Below are positions 28,209 to 37,552 of a DNA stretch of 64,000 nt, in pieces. The notes beneath the pieces are model-generated. The model saw nothing but the letters and a program-made list of their open reading frames with translations, was not told where the DNA came from and did no database searches. Where the stretch lies: positions 110,281-174,280 of the IMG/VR virus record IMGVR_UViG_3300036985_006248. One strand, given 5' to 3'. This DNA is from a virus. Position 1 is the stretch's first letter, and every line of letters begins with the position of its first letter. A program made the position numbers and the translations under genes.

Positions 28209-31200
28209 TTAACAGTTGTGATCTGTTACCACGACTTCATCTTTGCCACCATCTTTTTTACGCATAACGCTTGCGGCGTATGTACACTTCAAATGAGTTG
28301 TATAGTTTGTATCAACCATATCTGTCTTTACGTTGGTAACTAGATAATAGCCACCTATACCTAGTTTTTCGTTTAAATCAAGCAGTTGTTTTGTGTTGTA
28401 CATATAGTTTGGACTAATAAAAATATAATCACCGGGAAAGAATATATTATTTCCAAACATTTCTACGTCTGCGTTATATATTCGCTTTATGTTTGTTCCA
28501 AGACCTCTGCCTTCTGCGCGGGCTGCCATTTCTTGTTGATAAGGCGCATTGACTTTAGTGAATTTTATTTTTTTAATAATTCCCGAATCAGAACCCATTC
28601 TGAAATGGAAGACTCCGTTGTTTATATCGCTGCTTTCACTGCCATCAAGATTTTTTGGAAATCTACTGCTGCAAACTAAAAACATATAGTTAACATGTTC
28701 TGTACTAGATCCGGCTATAGAATGAGAATCGTGTAATTTATCAATTGGAGCTTCCACTAGAAAACCATTATTTTTCTTAATATTTTTTAATTTAGTAATT
28801 GTCGCTTCGGCAATGGTCGGCGGATTCGTTCTGCTGTCTGTCGTTTTTCTATCCATTAAGATGTCCTTACCATCAAATGTAGGAAAAGAAAAATAAGCAC
28901 TGGAAATTCTTATAGTGGAATTAATAGCAGTGGAACGTCCTAGAACAGAAGGGGACGTTGCGGGAACAATGAGAAAAGCAATTATGTCTTTTATAAACTG
29001 TATAACGGGATATCTTTCTTTTCTGGGTTTAACCATGCACTCAATCATAAACTCTTGAAATAAATTAAATGATATCGGTATATGCGCCAAACTAGGATAA
29101 ATTGCAGGTAACCTTTTTACGACGCTTTTATCCTGATTTAAGATATTTTCTTTAGAAGGCAAAATAATAGGTACGTTTCCTATTACGATTCTAGGCGCTT
29201 CGCAATTTGGCTCAATCTGGCTCATACACTCTAAGGCAATATCTAAAATATCCCCAAGAAAAATGAATTTAATACGATATTGTTCATGATCTAGATTTGT
29301 TTTTCCCGCTAGTTTATCAAGCTCCTTTAAAGCCGCGTCGGTGGCGGTGGCGGCGGTAGTTTTCGAGTCTTTTTCACCCGATGCTGGCGGGTCTGTATAA
29401 CCAACTAATGCTGTATTAAATGAGTTTGTATCTAGCGGCTTTACACTGATTAAATTATTGCCGTCTAATAAAGCTGCCTGTCTTACTTTTGCATCGTTTT
29501 CCTTTCCTTGATGAGAATTCATACCAAGTATTTCCGGCTTAAAGTTTCCAACATATATTTGTGGAGATATTGTTTTTTCTTCACCGGGGCCAGATGGTAA
29601 CTGTTCTGATCCAATAAGATAATTGAAAATACCATTATAGAAAGTTTTAGTTCTCACAAACAGTTTTTCTTCCAATTCCTCTTGCGTCAGTTCGCTATAT
29701 TTTGGATCTTTTTTAAATTCTTCTAATTCTTTTTTTATTTGTTCTTCAGATTGGCAAGCATCATTTTCGTTTAAATCGTTTATTTTTTTATTTTTCGAAG
29801 CAATAAACATTTCATATTCTTTTATTAAGATGCGAACGTTACGAACTTCTTTTGTTATAGAAAACAAGTCGGCGTCATCAGAAGCAAGCATAGAATCAAT
29901 GGTAGCTTGAAAATTAATTTTTAAGTTTATGGTGCTATCATCATTAAAAGATATATCGTGTTGGTATGGATTCAAATATAAAATTACTTTTGTTTTTGTA
30001 ATTGCTTCCATTATAGAATTGTAATCGTCTGCACGTCCACAGTTTGTTAAAATATCTCTGGTAATCTGTGGTGAGGGTGTAGCATATCCACATTCTACTT
30101 TTATACGATAATATTGTTGGTTAAAGACATCTTTATTTGGACCTGTGAATCTCGCCATCTGATTGACTAAATCAGAATATGAGAACTTTAATGGCTTCGA
30201 TTTAATCTTGGTTGGTATACGAAACCTTGAATCCTCAAAATCCATAGCTATTTCCCTGACCAGTTCCATAGGATTTTGAAAAAAGATATCTATTGAAGCG
30301 TGTATGTTTGTATTAATTTCTGCTGGATTGGTGCCCTTGTACTCATAAGAAAAGGATTTAATGCCAACGGAACGTAAGCCGCCATTGCCATTTAAGATTT
30401 CATCAACACTTTGCACTGCAAACCCGCTTGTTTCTCCACCTTGGAATACAACTGCGTCATCAAATGGTATTCTCCAATCGTGCCCTTTTAAATCTTTTGC
30501 GGCAGGTAATGGCTTTCCATCACTGCCATAGGAAACAGGATAAAACGTTTTATAAAGCTTTACAGAAGGCAGAAGCAAAGATAATATTTGAGGTGGCAAA
30601 TCTCTAAAAAACTTGGTCATGTTTGAATTTTTAGTGAAATTGTTTGTCAAAAAGAAATGTCCACTAGGAGTTTCTTTTTCGCTCTTGTGCTCTATGGTAG
30701 CAAAGTTTTTATATATCTTATCTTTTATTGATAAGACTGTGCCATCAGCATTGGGCTTGTTTACTTTAGATAATATTTCTTCAATTGTAAGGATTAAGGC
30801 AGCTTGCTCACTTAAACGGTTTTCTTTTGCAGTAGCGGCGGCGGTGGTGGTGGCGGCGGGGGCTTGTTCGCTATCAGTTCCGGTAGATTTTGGCAATACA
30901 TCTGTTAATTTTTTAACGACACGTCCACTGTGGTTGCCAGAACCCTGTGCATAACCAAATTGTTTATTATAGATTTCATCTGCCAAAGCCTGTGCTTGTG
31001 CATCTGACACACTTTCTATGTTTTTTTTCTTTTGTTTAGATAAAAATCTTTGGAATCTTTCAAGTATTATAACGGTTTGATCCACTGATTGTCTTGCTAT
31101 TGCGGCGTCATTGAGTTCAGCATTGAAGCCGCCAAAAAATGTGCTTTTATCGTCTAGTTTGGGAGCATATTGGTCTTTTGCTCTCTTTAACCAATACTTT

Positions 31201-31379
31201 TGAATTCTTAGTTCTAAATCATGTGTATTTGAAAAATCTTTTGAAACAAAAATTCCATTTTTAGCGGCATACTCTTTGCTCGCTTCGTCGGCGTCGGGCT
31301 GCTGCGCCCGGTGGTCGGTAAGAATTTGACTATGAACTTGATTATTTAAATCTTCTATCTGAGCTTCTGTGAGAGCCAT
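28209..31379 (-). CDS. putative baseplate hub / large tail protein
   Basis: C-terminus GNNIFFPGDYIFI...GGYYLVTNV is typical of hub (gp27/GpD-like) proteins; position after the LysM gene. Confidence 0.55.
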   Translation of the reverse strand: MALTEAQIEDLNNQVHSQILTDHRAQQPDADEASKEYAAKNGIFVSKDFSNTHDLELRIQKYWLKRAKDQYAPKLDDKSTFFGGFNAELNDAAIARQSVDQTVIILERFQRFLSKQKKKNIESVSDAQAQALADEIYNKQFGYAQGSGNHSGRVVKKLTDVLPKSTGTDSEQAPAATTTAAATAKENRLSEQAALILTIEEILSKVNKPNADGTVLSIKDKIYKNFATIEHKSEKETPSGHFFLTNNFTKNSNMTKFFRDLPPQILSLLLPSVKLYKTFYPVSYGSDGKPLPAAKDLKGHDWRIPFDDAVVFQGGETSGFAVQSVDEILNGNGGLRSVGIKSFSYEYKGTNPAEINTNIHASIDIFFQNPMELVREIAMDFEDSRFRIPTKIKSKPLKFSYSDLVNQMARFTGPNKDVFNQQYYRIKVECGYATPSPQITRDILTNCGRADDYNSIMEAITKTKVILYLNPYQHDISFNDDSTINLKINFQATIDSMLASDDADLFSITKEVRNVRILIKEYEMFIASKNKKINDLNENDACQSEEQIKKELEEFKKDPKYSELTQEELEEKLFVRTKTFYNGIFNYLIGSEQLPSGPGEEKTISPQIYVGNFKPEILGMNSHQGKENDAKVRQAALLDGNNLISVKPLDTNSFNTALVGYTDPPASGEKDSKTTAATATDAALKELDKLAGKTNLDHEQYRIKFIFLGDILDIALECMSQIEPNCEAPRIVIGNVPIILPSKENILNQDKSVVKRLPAIYPSLAHIPISFNLFQEFMIECMVKPRKERYPVIQFIKDIIAFLIVPATSPSVLGRSTAINSTIRISSAYFSFPTFDGKDILMDRKTTDSRTNPPTIAEATITKLKNIKKNNGFLVEAPIDKLHDSHSIAGSSTEHVNYMFLVCSSRFPKNLDGSESSDINNGVFHFRMGSDSGIIKKIKFTKVNAPYQQEMAARAEGRGLGTNIKRIYNADVEMFGNNIFFPGDYIFISPNYMYNTKQLLDLNEKLGIGGYYLVTNVKTDMVDTNYTTHLKCTYAASVMRKKDGGKDEVVVTDHNC

Positions 31380-31382
31380 TTT

Positions 31383-31721
31383 TTATCCTGTCATGTAGTT
31401 TAAAACTAAATCTAGCGGCGTTGGGATGTCTATTATATCACCAACTTGTAAATGTGCTTCAGTTGGTTTTTGATTAAACTTAGCTATAATCCACCAATCT
31501 TTCGCATCGCCATAATATTTTTCTGCAAGCTTGTAATATCTATCGCCCTCTTTCCAGATATGTTTGGTGATAGTTAAATTGCTGTATTGATCAGCATCAG
31601 GATAATAAAACTTTGGGCTAGTATATTGATTTATGAATTTTACATTTCTATTTTTAAAAATGGTTTCATACATTTCAAGATTATTTTTTGCCATACTTCT
31701 ATTTTTATATCTGTTTATCAT
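31383..31721 (-). CDS. LysM-like baseplate wedge protein (gp53/tail X-like)
   Basis: WKEGDRYYKLAEKYYGD..WWIIAKFN...GDIIDIP. Confidence 0.8.
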   Translation of the reverse strand: MINRYKNRSMAKNNLEMYETIFKNRNVKFINQYTSPKFYYPDADQYSNLTITKHIWKEGDRYYKLAEKYYGDAKDWWIIAKFNQKPTEAHLQVGDIIDIPTPLDLVLNYMTG

Positions 31722-31735
31722 TTTAGTTCATCCCA

Positions 31736-32548
31736 TTATCGTGGTTTCAAAAAGTCGCTAGGATTGGAAAGGTCGGGTAGTATTTGCCGTTTAGCAGGTG
31801 CGAGCACGGCATTTTCTCCTGCCTTAGCTTCTGAGTGTTTTATAGTTGTTTGCGTTTCTGCAGATGGAGTAGCGGGCTTTTTTACTTCGGGACGTGTCTT
31901 TTCTTCGCTATAGCCATGTGGAAACGCACCAAAGTTTATTCTTGGAAATTGCTTGCCTTCGATGGTTTCATTCCCCAAAACATGCTCATGGATAATATTC
32001 AAATTTAAAGATACAGATATCAGCTTTGGAAGAATTACTTTTTCATCTTTAATAAAAAAGCCACTATCTACTTTTGGTGCAAAATCAAAATTTCCTATAT
32101 AGCACAAAAGTCCAGTTTTCAATGTGTCTCCAGCGGTATTAGTGGCCGGGTTAGATATTAAATTTCCGAATTTAACACGAAACATCGGTGGAGAAGCTAG
32201 AGTTCTTGTGCCGAGACTTCCTTGACTATAAATAGGATACAAACCTCTTATTAAAAAATCTATTTGATCCATATTAGATGCTGCTGTCTCAACAGAATCA
32301 TTGGGCACATCAAATGCAAGAGAAATTACTCTGCTTGTGTTTTTAAAAGTTGAGATAGGATCCATTTTTCCAAGAACAGTTTCTGTTTTCCAATCGCTCT
32401 TGAAGCCATCCGTGAAAGCTGTTATAAAAGCAGGAAACTTAATTGTTTTTTGTTTCTCGCTAAACGCCCCATTCGAAAATGAGTATATTTCTATGTTGTA
32501 GGGAGAGCTTTCTTTTGATGTTAGTTCTTCTATACCACTCATTGCCAT
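31736..32548 (-). CDS. baseplate tube-initiator-like protein
   Basis: W....LGKMDPISTFKNTSRVISLAF and PPMFRVKFG; directly after the tape measure gene. Confidence 0.6.
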   Translation of the reverse strand: MAMSGIEELTSKESSPYNIEIYSFSNGAFSEKQKTIKFPAFITAFTDGFKSDWKTETVLGKMDPISTFKNTSRVISLAFDVPNDSVETAASNMDQIDFLIRGLYPIYSQGSLGTRTLASPPMFRVKFGNLISNPATNTAGDTLKTGLLCYIGNFDFAPKVDSGFFIKDEKVILPKLISVSLNLNIIHEHVLGNETIEGKQFPRINFGAFPHGYSEEKTRPEVKKPATPSAETQTTIKHSEAKAGENAVLAPAKRQILPDLSNPSDFLKPR

Positions 32549-32549
32549 A

Positions 32550-35021
32550 TTATTGTCCTATGTTCATGATGCTTGCCAAGCCACCTAAAACGTGACCCTT
32601 CAATGTTGTTGAATCATCTATCTTTATAATTATTGGTGTGCCTGCTGCGATACCGGATGACCCACCAGAAGCAGCACCGGTCGGCATAATAGCTTTCAAT
32701 GCTTGGATTAAGGCATCATTATCAGTAGTCTTAGAATCCTTTTGCGCTTTGTGATAATCAGTGGCTGCAACAACGAATTGCTTTGCTGGTTCAAGATTTA
32801 CCGACGACCTTGAAGCGACATTTAAAACATCTCCAACCGATTTTAGAGTATTTATTTTTGCTGTGAATTCTACGGTATCTGGTATTTCATTGATGATGTC
32901 GCGAATCTCTATTATGATTCCTTTGATTACATCAAAGCCCGATGTACTCAGTGTTCCGACACCAGAAAACTTTATTAAAGCTGCCGATAACTCAGTAACG
33001 CCATCAGCTATATTTTTTAAACCAGTTCCTGCATTTGAAATTAAATTTGTGATTGAATCTGTGAGTTTAGACATTCCCCACGCTGCCGCACCAATACCAG
33101 CACCCATCCCCAGCAGTGCGCCTCCAAGTGCTAATAATCCGGGTGCGCTCGCAAGCCCTGCTGCCCCTGCGGCTATTATAGCAGGTACCATGGCAAACAA
33201 AGCAGCAGTCATCTGAAACATGGCAAATGATAAGATTCCTATCGAAAGAACTGCGCCTATGATTTGTTCTCCACTCAATTTAGCGAAGGAGTCAACTAGC
33301 TTTGACATTCCCCACGCCGCCAAACCAATACCACCACCTAGCATAAGCATCGCGGCTCCAAGTGCTAATATTTGCAATGCGGATAAAGAGGCAACTGTTC
33401 CTAATGCCCCGACGCCCACACTAGCTTCTGCGCCACCAACGGCGACTTCCGCCCCTGCTGTTGTAAATGCTAGCCCTAGAGCTTTAACTGTAAGGACTAC
33501 CTTAGCCAATAAACCAAAGCTTGTTATCATCGCGCCAATAATAAATATGACTGTCTTTGCTGAATCCGAAAGTTCTAAAAACCCCGTAACAACTGTCTTT
33601 AAAATGTCTGCAAAGGGTTTAGCGATAACAAGAAGTTCATTCATAATTAGAGATAATTGTTTCATAGTATCGGCAGAAGCCTTTTGCGCCGTTTCTAATT
33701 CTTTTTGTGATGCTGCTTGCTTTTGCATTTCTATACTGTCTTTAGCGGAGATTGTGCCAAGCATCTTTTGCGCTTCGTTAAGGTCACTTATCCCTAGGGA
33801 TGCAGCAATTGCTTTTTTCTCAAACTTGTCCATGGAATCAAAATTTTTGCCAGACATGGAAATAGAATTACGTAGCATTTCCACTCTTTCAGATTCTGTT
33901 GCATTGAGCATTTCAACGCTGTTTAAATAATCGCCACCCAATATAGCATTTAACTTTCCAGCAGCCCCAGCAGCACCTTCAAACGTATCGAACTGTTCTC
34001 CCACGATGCCTAAGAGAGAGGTCATTTCTACTCCCAAAGCTTTTGATTGTTTTTCTAAAGCAATAAAAACATCTATTCCTTGTTTTCCATAAACTGACAA
34101 CTTTGACATGCTAGCGCCAAAGTCTGCGGCCATTTTTGCTGGTGCAACCCCGATACCAATGGCGGTTCTGGCTATCAACTCGCTTGTTTTCATAGCATCA
34201 CCGGAAGACATCTTAAGTGACTTAGTTAAATCATTAAAGATTTTTCCAGTGGTTTCTACGCTAACACCTAGATTGTTCATTCTTGCTGCGCTGCCAGCTA
34301 AATCTTTTTGAACATCTTTGTTAAGGGTGGAAAATCCCGACATGCTGGTATATAGGGTGCCCATTGAAGCGGCCATGTCTCCATACCCAAGGCCATACGA
34401 TTCTAGTCCCCGACCCATATCGGCAGTCATTAAATTAATTTGACCAGTTGTAGCGACTAACTTTTCGTTTGCCTTCACTACATCAGACATTAGGCTTGTA
34501 ATGTTCTTAAATATGTTACTAATATCAAAAAGCTTTAAAAATTGTTCTCCGTATTCGCCAGTTATACCTTTTAAATCAACAGACATCTTTGCTAGATTTT
34601 CAGAAATCTTCTTATGTTTTTCTTCTTGCTTGGTTACTAAATCTAGATCTTTCTGTTGCAGTTCCAACTGGTCCTTGAGAGATTTTATTTTCTTTTGGTC
34701 TTTTGTATCTAGTAGGGATTCTTGCACTAATTGTGCTTTAAGCAATTCAATACTTTTTTCTTGAAGCTCTTTTTTTAATTTAGCGTTTTTTACTTTATCA
34801 ACTTCCAAAACCAAGAGATTTTCTAAACTTTGTTTTTCTACTTCAAGAGAAGCTATGTTCTCTATTCTAGTGGCGTTTAATTCTCTGTGAAATTTAATCT
34901 GCTTTTCAAGCAAATCTATTTGCTCATTTAGTAAATCTAGCTCCTTTTGGGTAGCAGGTGTTTTTTGAGCATATAATTCTGCTAGCTCTTTTTCCAATGC
35001 AACTTCTTTTTCGGTAGCCAT
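32550..35021 (-). CDS. tape measure protein
   Basis: Long coiled coil plus Ala/Gly-rich hydrophobic repeats; downstream of tube and chaperone genes. Confidence 0.8.
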   Translation of the reverse strand: MATEKEVALEKELAELYAQKTPATQKELDLLNEQIDLLEKQIKFHRELNATRIENIASLEVEKQSLENLLVLEVDKVKNAKLKKELQEKSIELLKAQLVQESLLDTKDQKKIKSLKDQLELQQKDLDLVTKQEEKHKKISENLAKMSVDLKGITGEYGEQFLKLFDISNIFKNITSLMSDVVKANEKLVATTGQINLMTADMGRGLESYGLGYGDMAASMGTLYTSMSGFSTLNKDVQKDLAGSAARMNNLGVSVETTGKIFNDLTKSLKMSSGDAMKTSELIARTAIGIGVAPAKMAADFGASMSKLSVYGKQGIDVFIALEKQSKALGVEMTSLLGIVGEQFDTFEGAAGAAGKLNAILGGDYLNSVEMLNATESERVEMLRNSISMSGKNFDSMDKFEKKAIAASLGISDLNEAQKMLGTISAKDSIEMQKQAASQKELETAQKASADTMKQLSLIMNELLVIAKPFADILKTVVTGFLELSDSAKTVIFIIGAMITSFGLLAKVVLTVKALGLAFTTAGAEVAVGGAEASVGVGALGTVASLSALQILALGAAMLMLGGGIGLAAWGMSKLVDSFAKLSGEQIIGAVLSIGILSFAMFQMTAALFAMVPAIIAAGAAGLASAPGLLALGGALLGMGAGIGAAAWGMSKLTDSITNLISNAGTGLKNIADGVTELSAALIKFSGVGTLSTSGFDVIKGIIIEIRDIINEIPDTVEFTAKINTLKSVGDVLNVASRSSVNLEPAKQFVVAATDYHKAQKDSKTTDNDALIQALKAIMPTGAASGGSSGIAAGTPIIIKIDDSTTLKGHVLGGLASIMNIGQ

Positions 35022-35053
35022 AATAGTTTATCTCACAGAATATATCAACATGA

Positions 35054-35061
35054 TAATTAGT
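35054..35061 (-). promoter_or_regulatory. putative late promoter ACTAATTA
   Basis: ACTAnTTA motif recurs upstream of structural genes. Confidence 0.5.
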
Positions 35062-35065
35062 ATCC

Positions 35066-35100
35066 AAATAAAAATGGGCGAGAATATGCTTCTCGCCCAC
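35066..35100 (-). terminator. rho-independent terminator
   Basis: TGGGCGAGA/TCTCGCCCA stem plus T-tract. Confidence 0.8.
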
Positions 35101-35102
35101 AG

Positions 35103-35283
35103 TTATTTCTTCTTCATAGCGTCTGATTCATTCTTTAGCTGGTCTAATAGCTTCTCTACAAACCACTTTCTTAGACCCACTGGAAGGTTGTAGCTTTCAA
35201 ATAAACTAAACCCACCATAATATTTTAAATAGAAGAATTGCTCATATGTATTTTGTTGGTATTCATCACTTAAACCAAAAAAA
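35103..35283 (-). CDS. frameshift extension of the tail assembly chaperone (GT-like)
   Basis: Open +1 frame FFGLSDEYQQNTYEQFFYLKYYGGFSLFESYNLPVGLRKWFVEKL...; no start codon of its own; begins at a T7 run. Confidence 0.7.
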
Positions 35284-36123
35284 GTCTGCCGTCAGCGGCA
35301 CTTCCAATTCCCCAACAAATTCGCACGACTTACAAGAAAATGAATGGCGCATATCTATACCCTTCATATTTTCTTGGTATACTGTTCGTAAATGTTTAGA
35401 GTCACGAGCAGGCATGCTCATAATAGCCGCTTCTAGAGCTGCTTTATCAGTAATGCCATTGATTGAAATTATTGTCATCTTTAACTGATCTATCAAAGAT
35501 GAATCACCGCTTGATAAATTCTTTTTTGATTCTGATATTCTGAGCATTGCTTTTTCATCAAAGCCGTTTAAAGCACGGCATTTAACTGTCCAAGTGGTCT
35601 TTGGGAGTGTAATTGTGAATAGGCCATTTTCGTCTACATCAACAGGCTGTACGTTATCAATAGAATCAAGCTTTTCCAATAGGTCAAAGCTATCTTTGTT
35701 TTTTTGACCACATGAAGGACAAGTAACTGTTGTAGCATAATCAGAACCATAAGCTGATATTCTGGCTGCAAGCAGAATTGCACTTCTATCTTCAACTGTT
35801 AAAGTATCGGTATTAATACGTTGGTCGGTTACAAGAGATTGTATAAGCTTGTCTAATGCCACGCCTTTCTTTAAGAGATTCTTGGAATTGAGAATATCTT
35901 CTTCTTTGGCAGTCATTTCTTTAATTTCTATTGTGTCCTTATTATACAAGGGGTGGTTTGGAGGATAAAACTTACCCTTGGAAGGCAAGGAAACAAAGCT
36001 GGTTGGAACGATAAACTCAAGAGGTCTTTGAGTTGGCACCGATATCGAGGGATTCAATAATTGTGGAGTGTCGCTGTCTTGTTGAGTTTGACTTGAACCA
36101 AGACGTTCTAAATTGTTACGCAT
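35266..36123 (-). CDS. tail assembly chaperone / baseplate hub assembly protein (gp26-like)
   Basis: LPSKGKFY, MTAKEEDIL, ARISAYG, CPSC/CKSC; lies between tube and tape measure genes. Confidence 0.75.
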   Translation of the reverse strand: MRNNLERLGSSQTQQDSDTPQLLNPSISVPTQRPLEFIVPTSFVSLPSKGKFYPPNHPLYNKDTIEIKEMTAKEEDILNSKNLLKKGVALDKLIQSLVTDQRINTDTLTVEDRSAILLAARISAYGSDYATTVTCPSCGQKNKDSFDLLEKLDSIDNVQPVDVDENGLFTITLPKTTWTVKCRALNGFDEKAMLRISESKKNLSSGDSSLIDQLKMTIISINGITDKAALEAAIMSMPARDSKHLRTVYQENMKGIDMRHSFSCKSCEFVGELEVPLTADFFWFK

Positions 36124-36185
36124 GTGTACCTACGCTTTCTTATGCCAAGTATACAGGAAAGGCGAAAAGTGTTAAATTATTTTCT

Positions 36186-36866
36186 TTAATCGCTGATTCC
36201 ATTTATTAATACTCCGCTGCGGGCAGGGCCACTGCCCTGTACTTCACCACCAAAAACTTCTGCTCTAGGCGCTGGCGTTTCATGTTTGGGAGAGTTGAGT
36301 AACTCTTTTATTTTAGCTTCATCTTCTTTTGTAAGAATTGATAGCGAAGCATAATCATATGTTACTGTAAAACTTATATCTACTAAATCTTCACTTTGAT
36401 AATTTAAACTTCCATACTTTATGTTAGTAATAAAAGGGTTATTCAAAGTCCACGTTTCGATTTTATTTCCATGTTCATCGATCTGGATTATATCAATCGG
36501 AAATGTCGCTAGCTTTTTAGATATTTGATTTGTTTGGCTGGTGCTTGGATTTCTGTACCCCGCAGCACTCATGATATTATGTAATGCGCTAGTTGTTGAC
36601 TTACCATTATCAATAGCAGAAACCATTTTTATATTGATAGGATTCCAAACTAGGTTTTTAGGATAATTAAATGTGTGATTTAATAATACATGCGAGGTAG
36701 TCTCGACCTTATATTCCGGTTTATCACATTCCTTAAGAGTGAAGACAAATTGTTCTAATATATTTTCGTCATATCCAGAAGGTATATTTGTTGGTGCGCC
36801 GAAACGAATATACCACCTATATTGGCGTAATGGTTCAACATTAGTGCTATCAGTCCAAAATGACAT
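36186..36866 (-). CDS. tail tube-like protein 2 (gp19 family)
   Basis: Paralogous to 36904-37488 (MSFW, EP.R.YRW, G.L.Y.SE, YD). Confidence 0.75.
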   Translation of the reverse strand: MSFWTDSTNVEPLRQYRWYIRFGAPTNIPSGYDENILEQFVFTLKECDKPEYKVETTSHVLLNHTFNYPKNLVWNPINIKMVSAIDNGKSTTSALHNIMSAAGYRNPSTSQTNQISKKLATFPIDIIQIDEHGNKIETWTLNNPFITNIKYGSLNYQSEDLVDISFTVTYDYASLSILTKEDEAKIKELLNSPKHETPAPRAEVFGGEVQGSGPARSGVLINGISD

Positions 36867-36903
36867 AGGTGGTATATGATTTTTTAATAATAAAGATTAT
36901 TGT

Positions 36904-37488
36904 TTATGTATTAGGAGTGCCGGGGAATCCGGGGTTAAGAAGAGCAGCTTCATCTGAACTACCAACTCTTAATTGAGCCCAATCATAATCAATATTGCAG
37001 TTTATTTCTACGATTTCTTCGCTTGAATAATCAAGAGCACCGAATGTTATAGAAGTGAAAAACGGATGATAAATATCCCATTCTTCTATCGATAGGCCAT
37101 CGGCATCTACTTGTATAATGGTGATGTTGTTGCCCATAGCGTTATTAAATTTTCGCTTTCCAACAGTAGCCAATTGCGCCCCTTGAGCGGGCTTTTCAAG
37201 AGTTGGAACACCGTAACCAGCGCCAAGTATAACATTGTTTACGATGTTAATCGCATCTGGTTGTGCTACGGCAGCAAATGTCATAGCGATCGGTTCCCAT
37301 TCTACACGACCGGGATATTTAAACTTGTGATTTAAATAGGAGTGTGCTACAGATGCAATCTTTAATTTAGGTTTATCAACTTTCTTTAATGCAAAAGAAA
37401 TATCCGATAGACCAGCCGCACCGGCAAATCTCACTACCCATCTATAGTTTCTCTTTGGTTCTGGTCCTACTGCGCTCCAAAATGACAT
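36904..37488 (-). CDS. tail tube protein (gp19 family)
   Basis: KYPGRVEWEPI, FGALDYSSE, YDWA; follows the sheath gene. Confidence 0.85.
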   Translation of the reverse strand: MSFWSAVGPEPKRNYRWVVRFAGAAGLSDISFALKKVDKPKLKIASVAHSYLNHKFKYPGRVEWEPIAMTFAAVAQPDAINIVNNVILGAGYGVPTLEKPAQGAQLATVGKRKFNNAMGNNITIIQVDADGLSIEEWDIYHPFFTSITFGALDYSSEEIVEINCNIDYDWAQLRVGSSDEAALLNPGFPGTPNT

Positions 37489-37505
37489 TTATTTTTTCTC
37501 CTAAG

Positions 37506-37539
37506 TTTGGCGACTACCTTAATGTATATAGTCGCCAAA
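37506..37539. repeat. 11-bp inverted repeat enclosing a late-promoter-like motif
   Basis: TTTGGCGACTA...TAGTCGCCAAA, no T-tract. Confidence 0.75.
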
Positions 37540-37552
37540 GCAATATTTATTA

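Noticed and set aside
29330-30862. GC-rich GCG/GTG runs near 29335 and 30840
   Set aside because: They encode Ala/Thr linkers inside the hub protein; not repeats or insertions
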